Source of the DNA: Phoronis australis
Lineage: Eukaryota > Animalia > Phoronida
Direction: 5' to 3'
NCBI GenBank assembly: GCA_002633005.1
Contig: NMRA01000118.1
Location: forward strand, 372,707-436,706
Length of the DNA stretch: 64,000 nucleotides
The notes beneath the pieces are model-generated. The model was given only the letters and a program-made list of their open reading frames with translations, had not been told where the DNA came from and ran no database searches. This document shows, piece by piece, positions 51,670 to 64,000 of the stretch (its first letter is position 1; each line of letters starts with the position of its first letter). The translations under genes were made by a program, and so were the position numbers.

Positions 51670-53989
51670 CAGATGTCACTTTGACTCACTAGGCCTGTTC
51701 ATGTGAGTCTTTTTGTCGAGGCGGAATGGGTAAACGGGATTGCCGAAAAAATATCGCGCGAACCCCAAAATACCGCAACCCTCAACCGGTTAAGTATATT
51801 GATTTGCGCAATTTGTTGCGGAAAACGCCCCAGACACTGTGGCAGTTCTTTACATCAGTTGATAATTAATTACTTAGTTAATGTTTTCAAGGGAGTGAAT
51901 GAGAATCTGGATAGAATGCGAAAGCGATTTCCGGGGCTGTCCTCATAAGTAATTAATTACCGTAAAGGTGACGAGATACATATCGTGGTGCATTCCCGTA
52001 ATTTTCCTGTTGTGTCGTTGATGTTGTTTGATTTTCTAAAAATGTGGTTTGATGAAGAAACATGGTTTTGATATTCAGCCTCTATCTGGCGGGAATCAAA
52101 AACTATAGTTGAAGGCCAGCCGTCCGGGACAAAAAAGACGGACTGTCATCCATAAAGATGTGAGGAACAATAGGGCGCATCAGATGATCAGTTGCCAGAC
52201 CCTGTACATAGCTGCATACACGGACAAGTTACATTTGAAACGGATCTTTCCGATTATACCGGTATTTTTGTCAGCAGCATTAAATAATTGTTTTCATTCC
52301 TTCAGTATTTCCCCAGTCTCTATGGAGTGTTCATTGTCACATTTAGGGTGTTAGAAATTCTTCGGAAGGATTTCATTCACGTGGGGATTCATATTAAATT
52401 ACAAGGTGAAGGACACAGGAGAGCATAGCTTTGAATCACTATAGGGCAATATGAAAACTGTGGATTAAGTCGTACGCACGCTTGCCGATTGAGGAAATTT
52501 TAGCGGAATTGAAAGGCGCGTTTTTTCCGCAAAGTCATTGCTCTAATGAACGCAGCTTCAGACTTACTGCTTCCCAAGCTGCATTTTGGTATTTTTCGAA
52601 TGGGACAATAATAGATAAGCTTATGATGGGCCACTGGACGAATGGGCGTACAAATGACACTCTTTAAATCAAATTCAAATCTCGTCAAAATAGAAGGTAA
52701 AGATAAGGTATTTTTAAGTCGCTGACGCAATTTACAGATGTCTTATAAAATGGCAAGGCGTACCGGAATAAAATAATCAGGTAATCGCACAGTATTAAAC
52801 AAGATCAGACAAGAATGCATGTCATAATGCTAACAACTTAACTTCAAATTATGGAATGGAAATTTCAGCCGGCGTCTTCTGTCTTGTGTGTTTGACCCTA
52901 AGCCCGATCTTAAACCCCCCTAACCCTAACGCTAACTATAAGTCATCCCACACGCTAAAACTTGTAAAAATTCCGATTTCGTGAAACACTAGTTTGCGAC
53001 TGTGACGTATCTGTCAATTATATTTCCTGCATTAAATCGTCGGGCTTCTGTATTTTATTGAGGCCTGTTTCGCTTGAAATAATGCTGCCTAATTTTTCCA
53101 TAGGATTTTAATTGACTAATGACGATTTTAATGGCATAAAATAACTGCGGGATTTCGTCGTGCGACAGGTAATGCTGTGCTTGAGTTACGGAATGAGATA
53201 CTTAGGGGAATTTACTAATACTAAGCAGGATGTTTGAGTACATTATTAATGAAAATGTGTAAACTTCACCATACGCAGTCACTGGAGCGTGATATTATTA
53301 TGATAGTATTTCAAAGTTCAGTAATCCAATTGGTGTTAGAGGCAAACTTTGTATAGCGGCGTCGTTAAGACGTATTGTGTTGCATTCCATGGAGTATTGT
53401 TTATAATGAATGCTCTAGTTTACAATAAAATAAAGCCCCCTAAACCTCTTCAGTTGAGATGAATAGCAGGTTATTCCCGTGAGCCAACAATGAGCACAAA
53501 CGACCTTCGTGTTTGTGTGAAGTGAACCCGGGCAGTGTTTATACGTAGACGTCTGGAAACCTAAACATGTAATCGACTTTCTAATATCTATTTTCTGCCG
53601 TACGGTTGATCAGTCGCATCTTTCACGTAAGGCGTAGTGTCAGTAAAGAAATTATATTAGTTTCTGCAGCGACATACTACTACAAGTCAGAAGCGCGGTA
53701 AGTCATACGTTACCTGGGACTGAGCTATGAATAACATTGTAATAGGGCCGTCTACATTACCAGTAAAACACGGATGTACTAAGGATCCCAAGCTATTCAG
53801 GTGTTTGGAACGTATGTATGCCAGGTACGTGTAGGTTCTCGTGACGTGCAACCATAAGAGACCGGTGGAGGCGTGGTACGTACTGACATTTCAGTATTCG
53901 ACAGTGTATGGAAATGAGAGACTGCAGATGTCCTATTGTATCATCCCCCTGTTAGCAACCGCATCGGTTCATGTAAACCTTTTCGTAGA

Positions 53990-55192
53990 CTTTTATTGGC
54001 AGTTTTGTTTTGCGCCTATGGCTGTATCTCCTAAACCGTTAGCATGATCTTTACGAAATTTAGTATGTGTATTTATATGATGTTAACAACGGAGGACGAC
54101 GACTTTCAGACGGATATGACAACTGGTGTGCCACCTAGTGGCAATTTCATTTTCTACGTTTACTTCTGTATGTTTAAATGTCCTCAACGTATTTTCATAA
54201 AATTTGGCATACAGGCATCTGTTAATAAGGTGACGCCATCTCTCCGTTTTCAGATGAATTTGACCTAGTTTGCACCACTTAGTGGCCATTTTTTACTGTT
54301 TTCGAGTCTGTATTTTTACCGTCCACTCGTCTGTCAACCAAACCGCTTTCTAGATAAATGTGAAAATTAGCATGTATGTTTTCACTATGAAGTGGACGGC
54401 TGACGTCGATTTTCCGACGAATTCGACTACTGTGGCGTCTCCTAGCTCATGGCTGTATCTATTAAACCGTTTGTAGGATCTTTACTTAATTTAGCAAGTC
54501 TATTTATATGATGTTGACAATGGACGACGACTACTTTAGGACGGATCTGACTACTGGTGTGCCCCCTAGTGGCAATTTAGGTTTTTACGTTTACCAGTCT
54601 GTATCTTCAAAGGTCCTCAACAGATTTTCATAAAATGTTGAATATAGGTATCTATTGGTGAGATGACGCTATCATCCTGTTTTTGGATGGAATCGAGGTA
54701 TTTTTCGCCACCTGGTGGCCATTTTTACTGTTTTCAAATCTTGTTTTGGCGTCCACCCCTCGATCAACCAAATCATTCTAGGGATGTTTTTCTGTGTGAA
54801 GAGGACGTTTGATGATGGCAACTGACTATTGTGGCGCCTCTTAGTGGTAGTTTTGTTTTGTTTTGCGTCCACAGCTGTATCTGCAAAACCCACTGCAAGA
54901 TCTTTATCAAATTTAGAAAGTGAATTTATATGAAGATAAAAATGACGACTTTCAGGCGGATAGAACGGACGCTGTGCTCACAAGTGGCAATTTCATTTTG
55001 TTCTGTTTTCCTTTGTTTCTCTGAAGTTCCTTGACAGATTTTTATGAAATATGGCATGCTCCCGTTTTTTGGATGGATTGTACTTTTTGCGCCATCTAGT
55101 GGCCGTTTTTATGATAAAAATAGATATCCCTAAAAGCACACCATTTGCGATGAATTCCTGGGTGCATTTCAACGCTCCGCGTTGCTCTTTCT
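53990..55192 (-). mobile_element. Copy of the 145-bp-unit Helentron/HINE-like family
   Basis: Near-collinear reverse complement of 20387-21480, with about 8 CC(A/G)CTAG..GGC motifs. Confidence 0.75.
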
Positions 55193-55914
55193 TATAAAAC
55201 AGGTTGTTTTCTAAAAACTACTGAATCAAGGCCCGACCGTTATTCCGGAGTGAGATTCACAAGCTATTGAGGGCAAAATAAATTACTTCCTGTTTTAGTC
55301 AACGAATTGATGGAGCCCTGATTATATTCAATGTTCTATCTGCCGATTAAGATCGATCGTGTGTACGAATACATGACACGTACATGTAGAATTCGCGACA
55401 ACAGATTTTTACAATCATTTCAGCAACTGGCTGAATACACTGACGGGTTTTTGTGACAATGACAGTCACGCCGTAAAACATAACCACCGTGTTCACTCAC
55501 GATACCGATCGTTGCCAGTCTCTAAATTTGGCTCCGTATTAAGTAGTTACTATCGCTTACACTATTTGTATCTACATTTCTTATTTGTTATTTCGGTGTG
55601 CGAATTGCTGACTAGTGCCCAGGGGGGCTCGGGGAGCGAATGCACAATGCATAGGCCTTGAACAAACCCCCTTTACCGTTTTATTTTTTTTTTTAGTAAT
55701 AAGGTCCACGAACCCAAAATTTCGAGACACCTCCATCCCTACATCTTAGGACGGGCTCGTGCGTGCTGCGAAATTCTGGTTATTCCTATGCCCTGACTCA
55801 AAATTCTGGATCCGCCATTGCTTATAATGTTTGTTTCTTAATGTCTCGTTCACTGACAACATTTGGTTGAGTGGCACAGTAAACTTTTATACATGAAACG
55901 ATCATGGGAATGTC

Positions 55915-56076
55915 AGTAATGATGACGATGATGAGAATAATAATTAGAGCTACATCAACGACCACAAAATATTACTATTAACTAGTATTGCTAATAATGA
56001 TTATATGGTAATAATGATATTAATAACAATAACAATGACAGTGATAACGATAATGATAACAATAATAATAATGATG

Positions 56077-56125
<49 letters not shown>
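55915..56125 (+). repeat. (AAT)n microsatellite and degenerate flank
   Basis: Pure AAT run at ~56077-56122. Confidence 0.9.
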
Positions 56126-56126
<1 letters not shown>

Positions 56127-56537
56127 ATAAGAGACAGTAACAATAATCGCCAGTCATAGATGATGGAGGCGGAGGTGTCATATTCATAGATGATGGTGGC
56201 GACGGCGTTGGCTTCGGCAGCATCGATGGCGGCGGCGGTGATGAGCAGCGATCATTTTTAAACGGTAAAAATGACTGCAGGTCGCCTTTTAACGTTTTTA
56301 ATGCTACACCCTATGAAAAAATGACCATATTGATAGGAAACTCGAATGTAACCACATTTCTAACATTTTCCGAACATACAATGTAATGAAGGCACATCAG
56401 GTGTTAGTACACCGGTCTTCCAATAAAACGATTGACAAGACTGTAATGTGAATTCAGAAATTAAAAACGTACGCACAAACGTACATGGTATTCTCCATTT
56501 ATACCATCAACAGTTCTCTCGTTTCATGAATTGTTAT

Positions 56538-56791
56538 CCTGCGCGCACCCAACCTTTAATGTGGGGGGCTCGAATCTCTATGTACCTCTTGCTAACAAAA
56601 AAGCGGGAGGACAAAAAAACTGGGTACCAACTTCAGGTCTGTGAACTGTGCGTCTGCGCATTTTTTAGTGGTGGACTTTTGTCTCGTTTTATCGAACTTT
56701 TTGATTGTCTGAGGCGGACCTTTTTACCCATTTCGCCAAATGGAGACTCGTTCGAGTCCCCCCGAGCCCCACTCTCCTGAGTGCGTGCATA
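56538..56791. mobile_element. MITE of the 2328 family, TSD GTTAT
   Basis: GTTAT|CCTGCGCGCACCC ... GAGTGCGTGCATA|GTTAT. Confidence 0.75.
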
Positions 56792-56872
56792 GTTATGTTG
56801 TATATATACATAGCGTGCATGGTTATGTTGTATATATACATAGCGTGCATGGTTATGTTGTATATATACATA
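56783..56872 (+). repeat. 30-bp tandem repeat, 3 copies
   Basis: GCGTGCAT(A/G)GTTATGTTGTATATATACATA. Confidence 0.9.
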
Positions 56873-59800
56873 TATTTAAAAAAATAGTGAGTGCCTCTGG
56901 CTCATACCATGCTGAAAGTTTCCAAGCAGGTCTAAAATCACACGTAGAAAACTACAAGAGCGTAACTTCTCTCTCATGCGAAACGCTTGCAATAATGATA
57001 AGCTTAAAATTATCAGTCTGTGGTGAATTGCGATCAATCAAAATTTGAAATAAAATTGCTCTCAGTGGCATAATTCGCCCTGTTGTCAGTGATACTTCAG
57101 TAATCGATATACCCAAGACTAGAAATTCTGCCCAGAAGTTAATATCTTAACAAACAAAAACAACAAAACCAAGAACTTTGCATTAATTTAATTTTATTCA
57201 GTCTATACTTGTTCGTCAAATATTTACCAACGTTGGGACATGTTTTGTTAACGATGTTTATGATTATTGTAGAGTAACATCAATGGACTTACAAATATTA
57301 TCACTTCATTAAAAATTCTACTGATAAAGTGTATCATTCAGGTAACTATAATACACAATTTTGAATCGTTGCACAAAAGCTCCTTTACGTCTATTGAATG
57401 AATTAAGTGAAAACAAAAGCACGATTTGAGTTCCTTGCATTGGGAATCTTCTGCATTATTTTCTGTCATCGTGATTAAAGCTGCATTTTGACCTGTTAAT
57501 TTGGTTAAGAAGCAAAAATCGAATTTGGTCTTTTGCTCTCGTAAATTTAGTCTCATATAATATCCCTTGCCATGACTGGATTCTGTTTAAGTTACAAACT
57601 CAAGTCACAGGCAATGCGCACATGCGGCAGTTTCCAATTCGCAATTCCTAGGCTTGGCCACACCCAATAAAGCATGCAGCATTTTCTCGAGTCGCTGGTC
57701 ATTCCGATGTCCCCGATGTTAAGGGAAATGGAATCCTATCACTGTAAGGAATATTGTGAGACGGTTTAATACGAGCAAACGGCTTAACTCGATGTTCGTT
57801 TCTAGCGAACTTTTTACATTTCTAAATCAGCTCTTAATTATAACGAATCTGTTGTGTCTTTCCGATTTGAATACAACTCGCTGTTGCTGAAATCAAGGCA
57901 AGTGACTCACCAGTCAAATACGCTTTAAACACTTCTATTTGCCGACTGCGAAAGAAGTATTTTAAAAATGCCCAATGGTGGACAGCACTGATTGCATAAA
58001 AATAGTCCAGACAATACGAAGCGTTTTCATCAATTTTCTTACAAGATTATGCTTTTCTTATGCTTTTATTCTCGGAAAAAAGTCTACGGGGCCATTGAAT
58101 CTCGACTTTGCCGACCATCAGGTATTGCCTCGCTTGCAAGCTCACTTTGCCCGTCACGTGATGCTGAGTTTGGGTATGACATCAAACAACGAAGTATTGT
58201 AGTTGTCCCGCAAAACAGTTGCACTGGTTTGCAGTTATAGCTATGAGGTTATCAAATTTTAACTGAAAACAGATTTGGCCACTCAGAAAAGTAGGACTAT
58301 GAGAAATCGAGTTCTTGGGCCCGTTCCAAGAAAACTGACTTAGCTAAGACAAATCATAGATTTCACCCAATTTTAAGATAAAACTTAAATTTGTTTCAAG
58401 TCAGTTTCAAAAAGATACTTTAAGTTTGACTTACGTTTTTGACTTAAGTCTTGTCGTAATTTTGACTAACGTACCGGATGTGGAAGTTTCAAAGTTTGGA
58501 AGTTAAAAACAAACGGCTCTGTCCGAATATTGACTCATTGTCGAAAACGTGCTTAACGTGTCCATTATCAATTGATAGCGCATTCTCACCCGATAGTGTA
58601 AAACAGACAAAAAATTATCAAGTATGTGTCAAGTGGTATTATCTGCCATGACAGTCGTATTTGATGTCTGTCACTCATGCTGCTGATATACATGTAGGTG
58701 GAAACAGCGTACATCGCGTATACGAGTATATGTAGGTCGTACATCTCCATGTGACCTTGCGGTTTCCGTTGTGAGCGCTCCTTGCGCCTGGTTGGATTTT
58801 TAGCGATGCATGATAAGCGTGTCTGTTCGTAATTGAAGTTCAGCTTTCGTGGTAAGGACTCCCTCTGCGTGGTACGGCGGTGCGTGGTAAGTGCTTCATA
58901 GAGAGAGTCGTAATGGTACTACTCTCTGGCAATGATTCCTCTCTCGGGTGTCTTATTTTCATCCCTACAGGTTAACAACATGCTCGTCAAGGTTGAGTTA
59001 TCTCTACAGCACGTCATTGTTCCATAGCGAAAGCTGGAAAATTCTGGGAATGCATGAAACACGCAATACACTCTGATAGTCCTTCACGTTCGAGCGTCCG
59101 ATGAGCCATTTTTGGTACTAACCAACACACATGAGGCTTTTTGATGCCTGCCGCAACTTTAGAAAAATCTTAACTTAAGGAGAGCACAGAATACGAATCC
59201 AGATCACATTTGGTCTGCCGCAATCTCTTCCAACCACGTCAACGCGATTCTTATGTCGCTTACGTTTCCCCTTCCACTGTTGTCAGAACCATTCATAATG
59301 CAGACAATCCCGTAATACAAAACAGAGAAAACAACAAGGAAAATAGTGAGTAACTTTTGCATTTATGTCACAAAAATAATTCTGAGGAAAATTCAATGCT
59401 CATCCCTAACGTATACTGTTCCCGTGCCATGCCACTTCATTATCGGAGGACAGGATTAGATTTGACGTATCCTCTTATCTCCGCATAATTGTAGTCAAGA
59501 GCAGACTTCAAACGGGGATGCCGCTGTAGCCTGGATCCACAAGATTGTTTCCGCGAAAAATAGCCGCGAGAACGGTGCTATGTCTTATCTAGGAAGTCAT
59601 GTATGTAGTACCTCGAAAGCGACTTCATCTCTGAGTCAGGCCACTGCAAACTTTCTCCTGGTGGTTAACCGCAGAATGATCACGCAGTGAGACGGTGAGT
59701 TTGTGTATTCTACAAAACGCTAGTTCCATCGGGAACGTGTTTCTCCGATGCATACAAACTGCAGGGCTTTATCGGTAGACGTGGACACCGTGGTGTTAGT

Positions 59801-61235
59801 TGCTTTTGGCCTCCAGCTAAAGGATTTCTTTATTGTCTTGTGCGTGGACGTCAGCTGCAGCGTGCTGATCGATCTCGAATATGACGACAGCACAATAATT
59901 TCTGGCTACGGAGAAATGTGCTTGGCAAATAAAGGTTCAGTCGAACCTCAACCGGCACCTGGTGCAGAACACTTACTCGAAGAGTAATCCTTAAAACTCT
60001 CCACATTCTCCACGCACAAAAAAGCTTTACCACGCACATTAAAAATTTTGTTTGTGACAAATCCTGTGTTGCGTGGTGAGTGCGCCTTTTTCATGTGTGA
60101 AGATTGTATTGTATGATCAGCGCTCTTCGTGTCTGGTAAGAGTTATGTACGGCGAGAAAAGTGGGTGAAGAGTGGTGAGGGGCCTGCTACGTATTGTGTG
60201 GGGCGGTACAAGGTTCGATATGCACCCCTGATGTATGCTTGTAGATATACATGCATGCGCGCACCTGTATGCATAGCTGTGTAGCTTTCATGCGTGAACA
60301 TACATTCCATACCAACAGCTGGTATTCACTGTTTGCACACTTCGATTGTTGTGCATTGTTGTTTAGGGCACAATGCCTCGTTTCAGCATCAATTTTAACA
60401 ACGCAAACGTGAACGCGCGCGTGCTCCAGACTTACAGAACCATAGACATAACCATTGTGGTTTGGGCACAACAGCTAGGTTTTCAAACATAATGGCGAAT
60501 TTGTGCAAGCAGTGAAATGACGTGTGTAATATTTTTTGTGATAAACTTCGATTTCAAGTTAGCATCTAAACCCCATCAACATTTGCTGCAGACACTTGGG
60601 TTATAGTCATTAGCCTAGGTTATCTTTCAGTTCACCTTTTCCTCAGTAACTGACAAGTCGATAAACTAGATTTCCTTACATCTTCTATGATGTAATGGTA
60701 TCGATTTTGACCATTGATGATATGCAATTGAAGTCCTTGTCAACGCTGACGGAGATTCGTCTTATGAGACGGCACCAGTTATTCAGTAAAGCGGCATTTC
60801 AGTTTGAAGCACTTTAGTTCAGCTACGTTTCCATGCAGTGCGCTTACAGCAATTAAGTGAGTCCAGGTGAGACGAGACAGGTGTTGGAGCTGATATCACG
60901 AAGAGTTCAGTTAAAAGGCGATCGCACTTCGTTGTTTTTGAATGTAGCTTTCTTTGATGCAAATAGCTTGTTTCAGATTGGACTCAGTTTAAATGTGCAC
61001 TCCCGTTTTAAGCAGTCACCCACCGAGTGGCGCGATTTGTTGAAACAACGGCGTGTTTTATAATTATGTCTCAGGCCACGTAACAGTAATTTTCTTTATC
61101 TCTGTTTGAACTCGGGCCCTCGCTATTCACTTACCCAAGACACCGTTTTTATGCTTACAGGTGATCTACTTGGCCAAAACGTCGAGGTTTGATTGTTGCG
61201 TTCGTTGAGTCATCATTCTCAACGCGTTGAAGGAA

Positions 61236-61441
61236 ATGACAGACGAAAGCATAGCACCCGAGAACGGTGGAACCCCTGCTACGACTGATCACACACGAGC
61301 ACGTCAACCGGAAGTTGTAGACGACGAAGATGTTCGTTTGATGGACTCGGACGACGAACGAGAGGAGGTGGAGCGAGACAAGCAATTCAAAAAGCGGCTA
61401 GAGGACATGGATAGACATATATGTTTGCACCAAAGCTGGAG
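61236..61441 (+). CDS. Probable first coding exon of an unidentified gene (acidic N-terminus)
   Basis: Acceptor tttttatgcttacAG at 61160, ATG at 61236, MTDESIAPENGG...DDEDVRLMDSDDEREE...HQSW, donor AG|GTTAGC, GC content above the flanks. Confidence 0.45.
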
Positions 61442-62710
61442 GTTAGCAGCTATTTGAAATTCGCAATATGATTGCAGCCTTTCAATTGCACGTTAGAATA
61501 CACTTGCGATATCACGTACAGTCTTATTCTCGAACCCAGAGTCTATTAGCGTATGAGTCTGGTGTAGATCTCAAAAACAAGACAGTTTGGTGCCCGGGCC
61601 CCCCACCCCGGCCTTGGCTGAGGCAAAAAATAATAAAACAGCAAGAGCGTAGGGAAATGTTGAGTTTATTAATTAACCCGGTAATTAACATTATACGGCG
61701 GAAACAAGATTTAAATGTGTNGGGGGGGGTAAATCACTCAGAAACTCATAATTCTCTCTTTGTCAAACCTTAACTTAAGACGATTTTCCAAAGCAATCGC
61801 GTCATTATTGCCAACACAAAAAACGGATTTGGTCTTTTGGGCAATTGAAGACTATTTTAAATACAGCAAATTTGTTACAAACTGATTGCCAAAAATATAA
61901 AAAGTGTAATAAGCATTACAAAAAGAAGTAGGTTTCGCGCGCAAACGCAGTGGACCATAAACAAGTAGGTCTCTTACTATCAAATTGTGAGTGAAGTGGT
62001 GTTGGCGCAGCGGTAAAGCACGCGCGCATTACTTGCGATGTCGTGAGTAGAGGCTGTGGTAATTACAGGTTTTCATGTTTGACACGTGCTCCGTGTTTTT
62101 TTTTTCGTTTTCTTTGCCTTTTTTCTTGGATAATACTTCAGGAATCAAGGAAAATGCTTGATTTTTAGAGGAAAAAACAGAAAAAAATTCCTGGGCAAAC
62201 CCCTCTCCCAACGTCCCCCCATTCAGTGCTATGTGCATCTGATCATGCTTTGCGCAAATGTTTTCAGACAAAATGTTGGCCCCCCTTGTGATATCCTAGA
62301 TCCGCCACTGTGGTAACAGGCTCTTTGCCACGCTAAGCTCCGATCTTTTTGTATGAGTATTTCAGAATTCAACTTGTCTCTTATTTCTTTCATTTTATGT
62401 AATTTTTCAAATATTTATTCGCATTTCCAGCGAGCTCCCATGAGAGGTCTACCTCACAATCGGTGTCGATATTGAGGTGATTAATGTCTACTAATACAGG
62501 AACGATGATGCGTGATTTTCGGAAACAATCCAGCCCTGGGCACCTCTCTATATCTTGCAAACCAGAATATTGGTAAAATCTAGCCTACTCTGCGGGCGCT
62601 GCCGGTAAACAACACAACAATTAAGAAGATCGTTAAACAAAAATCCACCCACATTAGAACCGTTCCGGATTACACACCCGAATCTCGCTGTCGCAATATC
62701 CGTCCTTCCA

Positions 62711-62900
62711 ATGCCAACGAAGTGTCACCGCTGTGCTGTGAGCTGCAACCCCGACGGGAGAAAGTTGGATAAGCTTGACAAACATCTGTTGATACGTGAT
62801 GTAACTCCTTTGCCTTTCCCTCACCAATCAAAGAGAAGACAATGTGGAGCTAGTTGGTAAAACAAGTTCGTTGGGTTAAAGTTGACCCGAACATAATCCC
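62711..62900 (+). pseudogene. Degenerate THAP-like ORF (transposon-derived)
   Basis: MPTKCHRCAVSCN...VTPLPFP...RRQCGASW* follows the THAP C..C.N...FP...W pattern. Confidence 0.4.
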
Positions 62901-64000
62901 CTTTCGTGAAAGTATATTTTCAATTCCCGTACTTTTAAACGGTTGAAACCGGGAATATTTCCCCGACAATACCTTACGTCGGCGGTTTCCGACCTGACCT
63001 GTGAAAATGTGCGTGACATTCCACTAAAGCGAGGCCATTAAAACAACGCGCTTTCTTACGTCCGGGGCAAAGAATTCTATCGCTGTGTAATACGGGACAG
63101 CCCTATTAGTACTCAGAACAAGATGTATAATCCTAGGTTGATGTGACGTATTTAGTGTTCTAGTAGCCCTGTCAGTGCATCAAAACCACAAGTCATAAAG
63201 TACTTGACTGTACTTAGACGATTTTGCTCATGGTGGATCATGTACGATAATTACAGAGAAGTACGTTAACACCTCACTTTAGATTTTGCTCTCATGAAAT
63301 TCCGCAGATATAAATTAATTATCAATGATTTTAATTGAATGCTGCTCTTTTTTCTGTAATCCTTTCGAAATGCCCTCTGTGCCGCCCAATCGTAAAACTC
63401 GAGTGACCTGTGAGCTGATCAGTGGGCATGGTGATCACAACTTTTATCCCCGGGGTTTTTCATAGCTCAAGTTACGCTATCATGGTTTTATATTAAGCTG
63501 ATTTATATTAGCTACTTGACGTCATCACTGATTGACCAATTGCTACTTGAATCCGGTGACAGAGATCTACATCAGGCACAAATGCTAAGTGAATCTGGGT
63601 TCGAGGCTATGTAGTTGGTCTTGAAACACGTGACTTCATGATTAATAACTGTTTTGATTTCTTGCTGAAAAAAGACTCATATAGTAGATGTTAATTGTCA
63701 CCATGTAGAGGGACAAACTGCAGTTTGTTTCCCTCGTAAACCAGCAAAGACATTGAGCAACTTAAAAAACTACTTGAATCAGCTTAACCGACAAGCATGA
63801 ATAACGATTGAGGCAAATGGGAAAGCCGCTGACCTAAACCACTCTCACTCTATAGCCTGATAAGGAAGTGGTTTTATCTTCCAGGTAGGTATCCATTGGG
63901 CAACATACTGAACAGGTGATTGACCCACTTAAGCTTAAACACTGACCTAAAACGTTGTCCCTAGGCCCTTTATCATGTCTTTAATAGCTTACTCAATCTG

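Noticed and set aside
59640-60900. Possible Penelope fragments (minus-strand IGETRSRWN*RFVEY; plus-strand RT-like FYDV/FQFE)
   Set aside because: The motifs are short, degraded and on opposite strands; they cannot be supported without a search
61995-62030. tRNA-like A box GGCGCAGCGGTAAAGCA
   Set aside because: No cloverleaf can be formed; it is probably a SINE head disrupted by a MITE

Overview
This is eukaryotic DNA, probably from a marine invertebrate. It is AT-rich, has spliceosomal introns and is dense in transposon debris. No prokaryotic features, CRISPR arrays or rRNA genes were seen. Genes assembled by hand: (1) a 6-exon minus-strand gene (7724->421) for an unrecognised ~326-aa protein with a signal peptide; (2) a KCTD6/KCTD21-like BTB gene with one coding exon (minus, 15698->14931); (3) a complete 9-exon choline/ethanolamine kinase gene (plus, 29994-45809, 377 aa); (4) a probable first coding exon of another gene at about 61.2 kb. 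Mobile DNA includes three Kolobok-type elements (THAP, TTAA target); two of them face each other and bracket the kinase gene. It also includes a TIR element carrying a decayed HIRAN-domain ORF, a Helentron/HINE-like family whose ~145-bp units each carry a CTCF-like motif, an RTEX-like LINE 3' end with a 16-bp TSD, Penelope remnants, several MITEs and a SINE. A ~5-kb tandem duplication (20221-25269 / 25271-29871) is joined by a single N and is probably uncollapsed haplotypes. Family assignments rest on recalled motif consensuses, not database searches.
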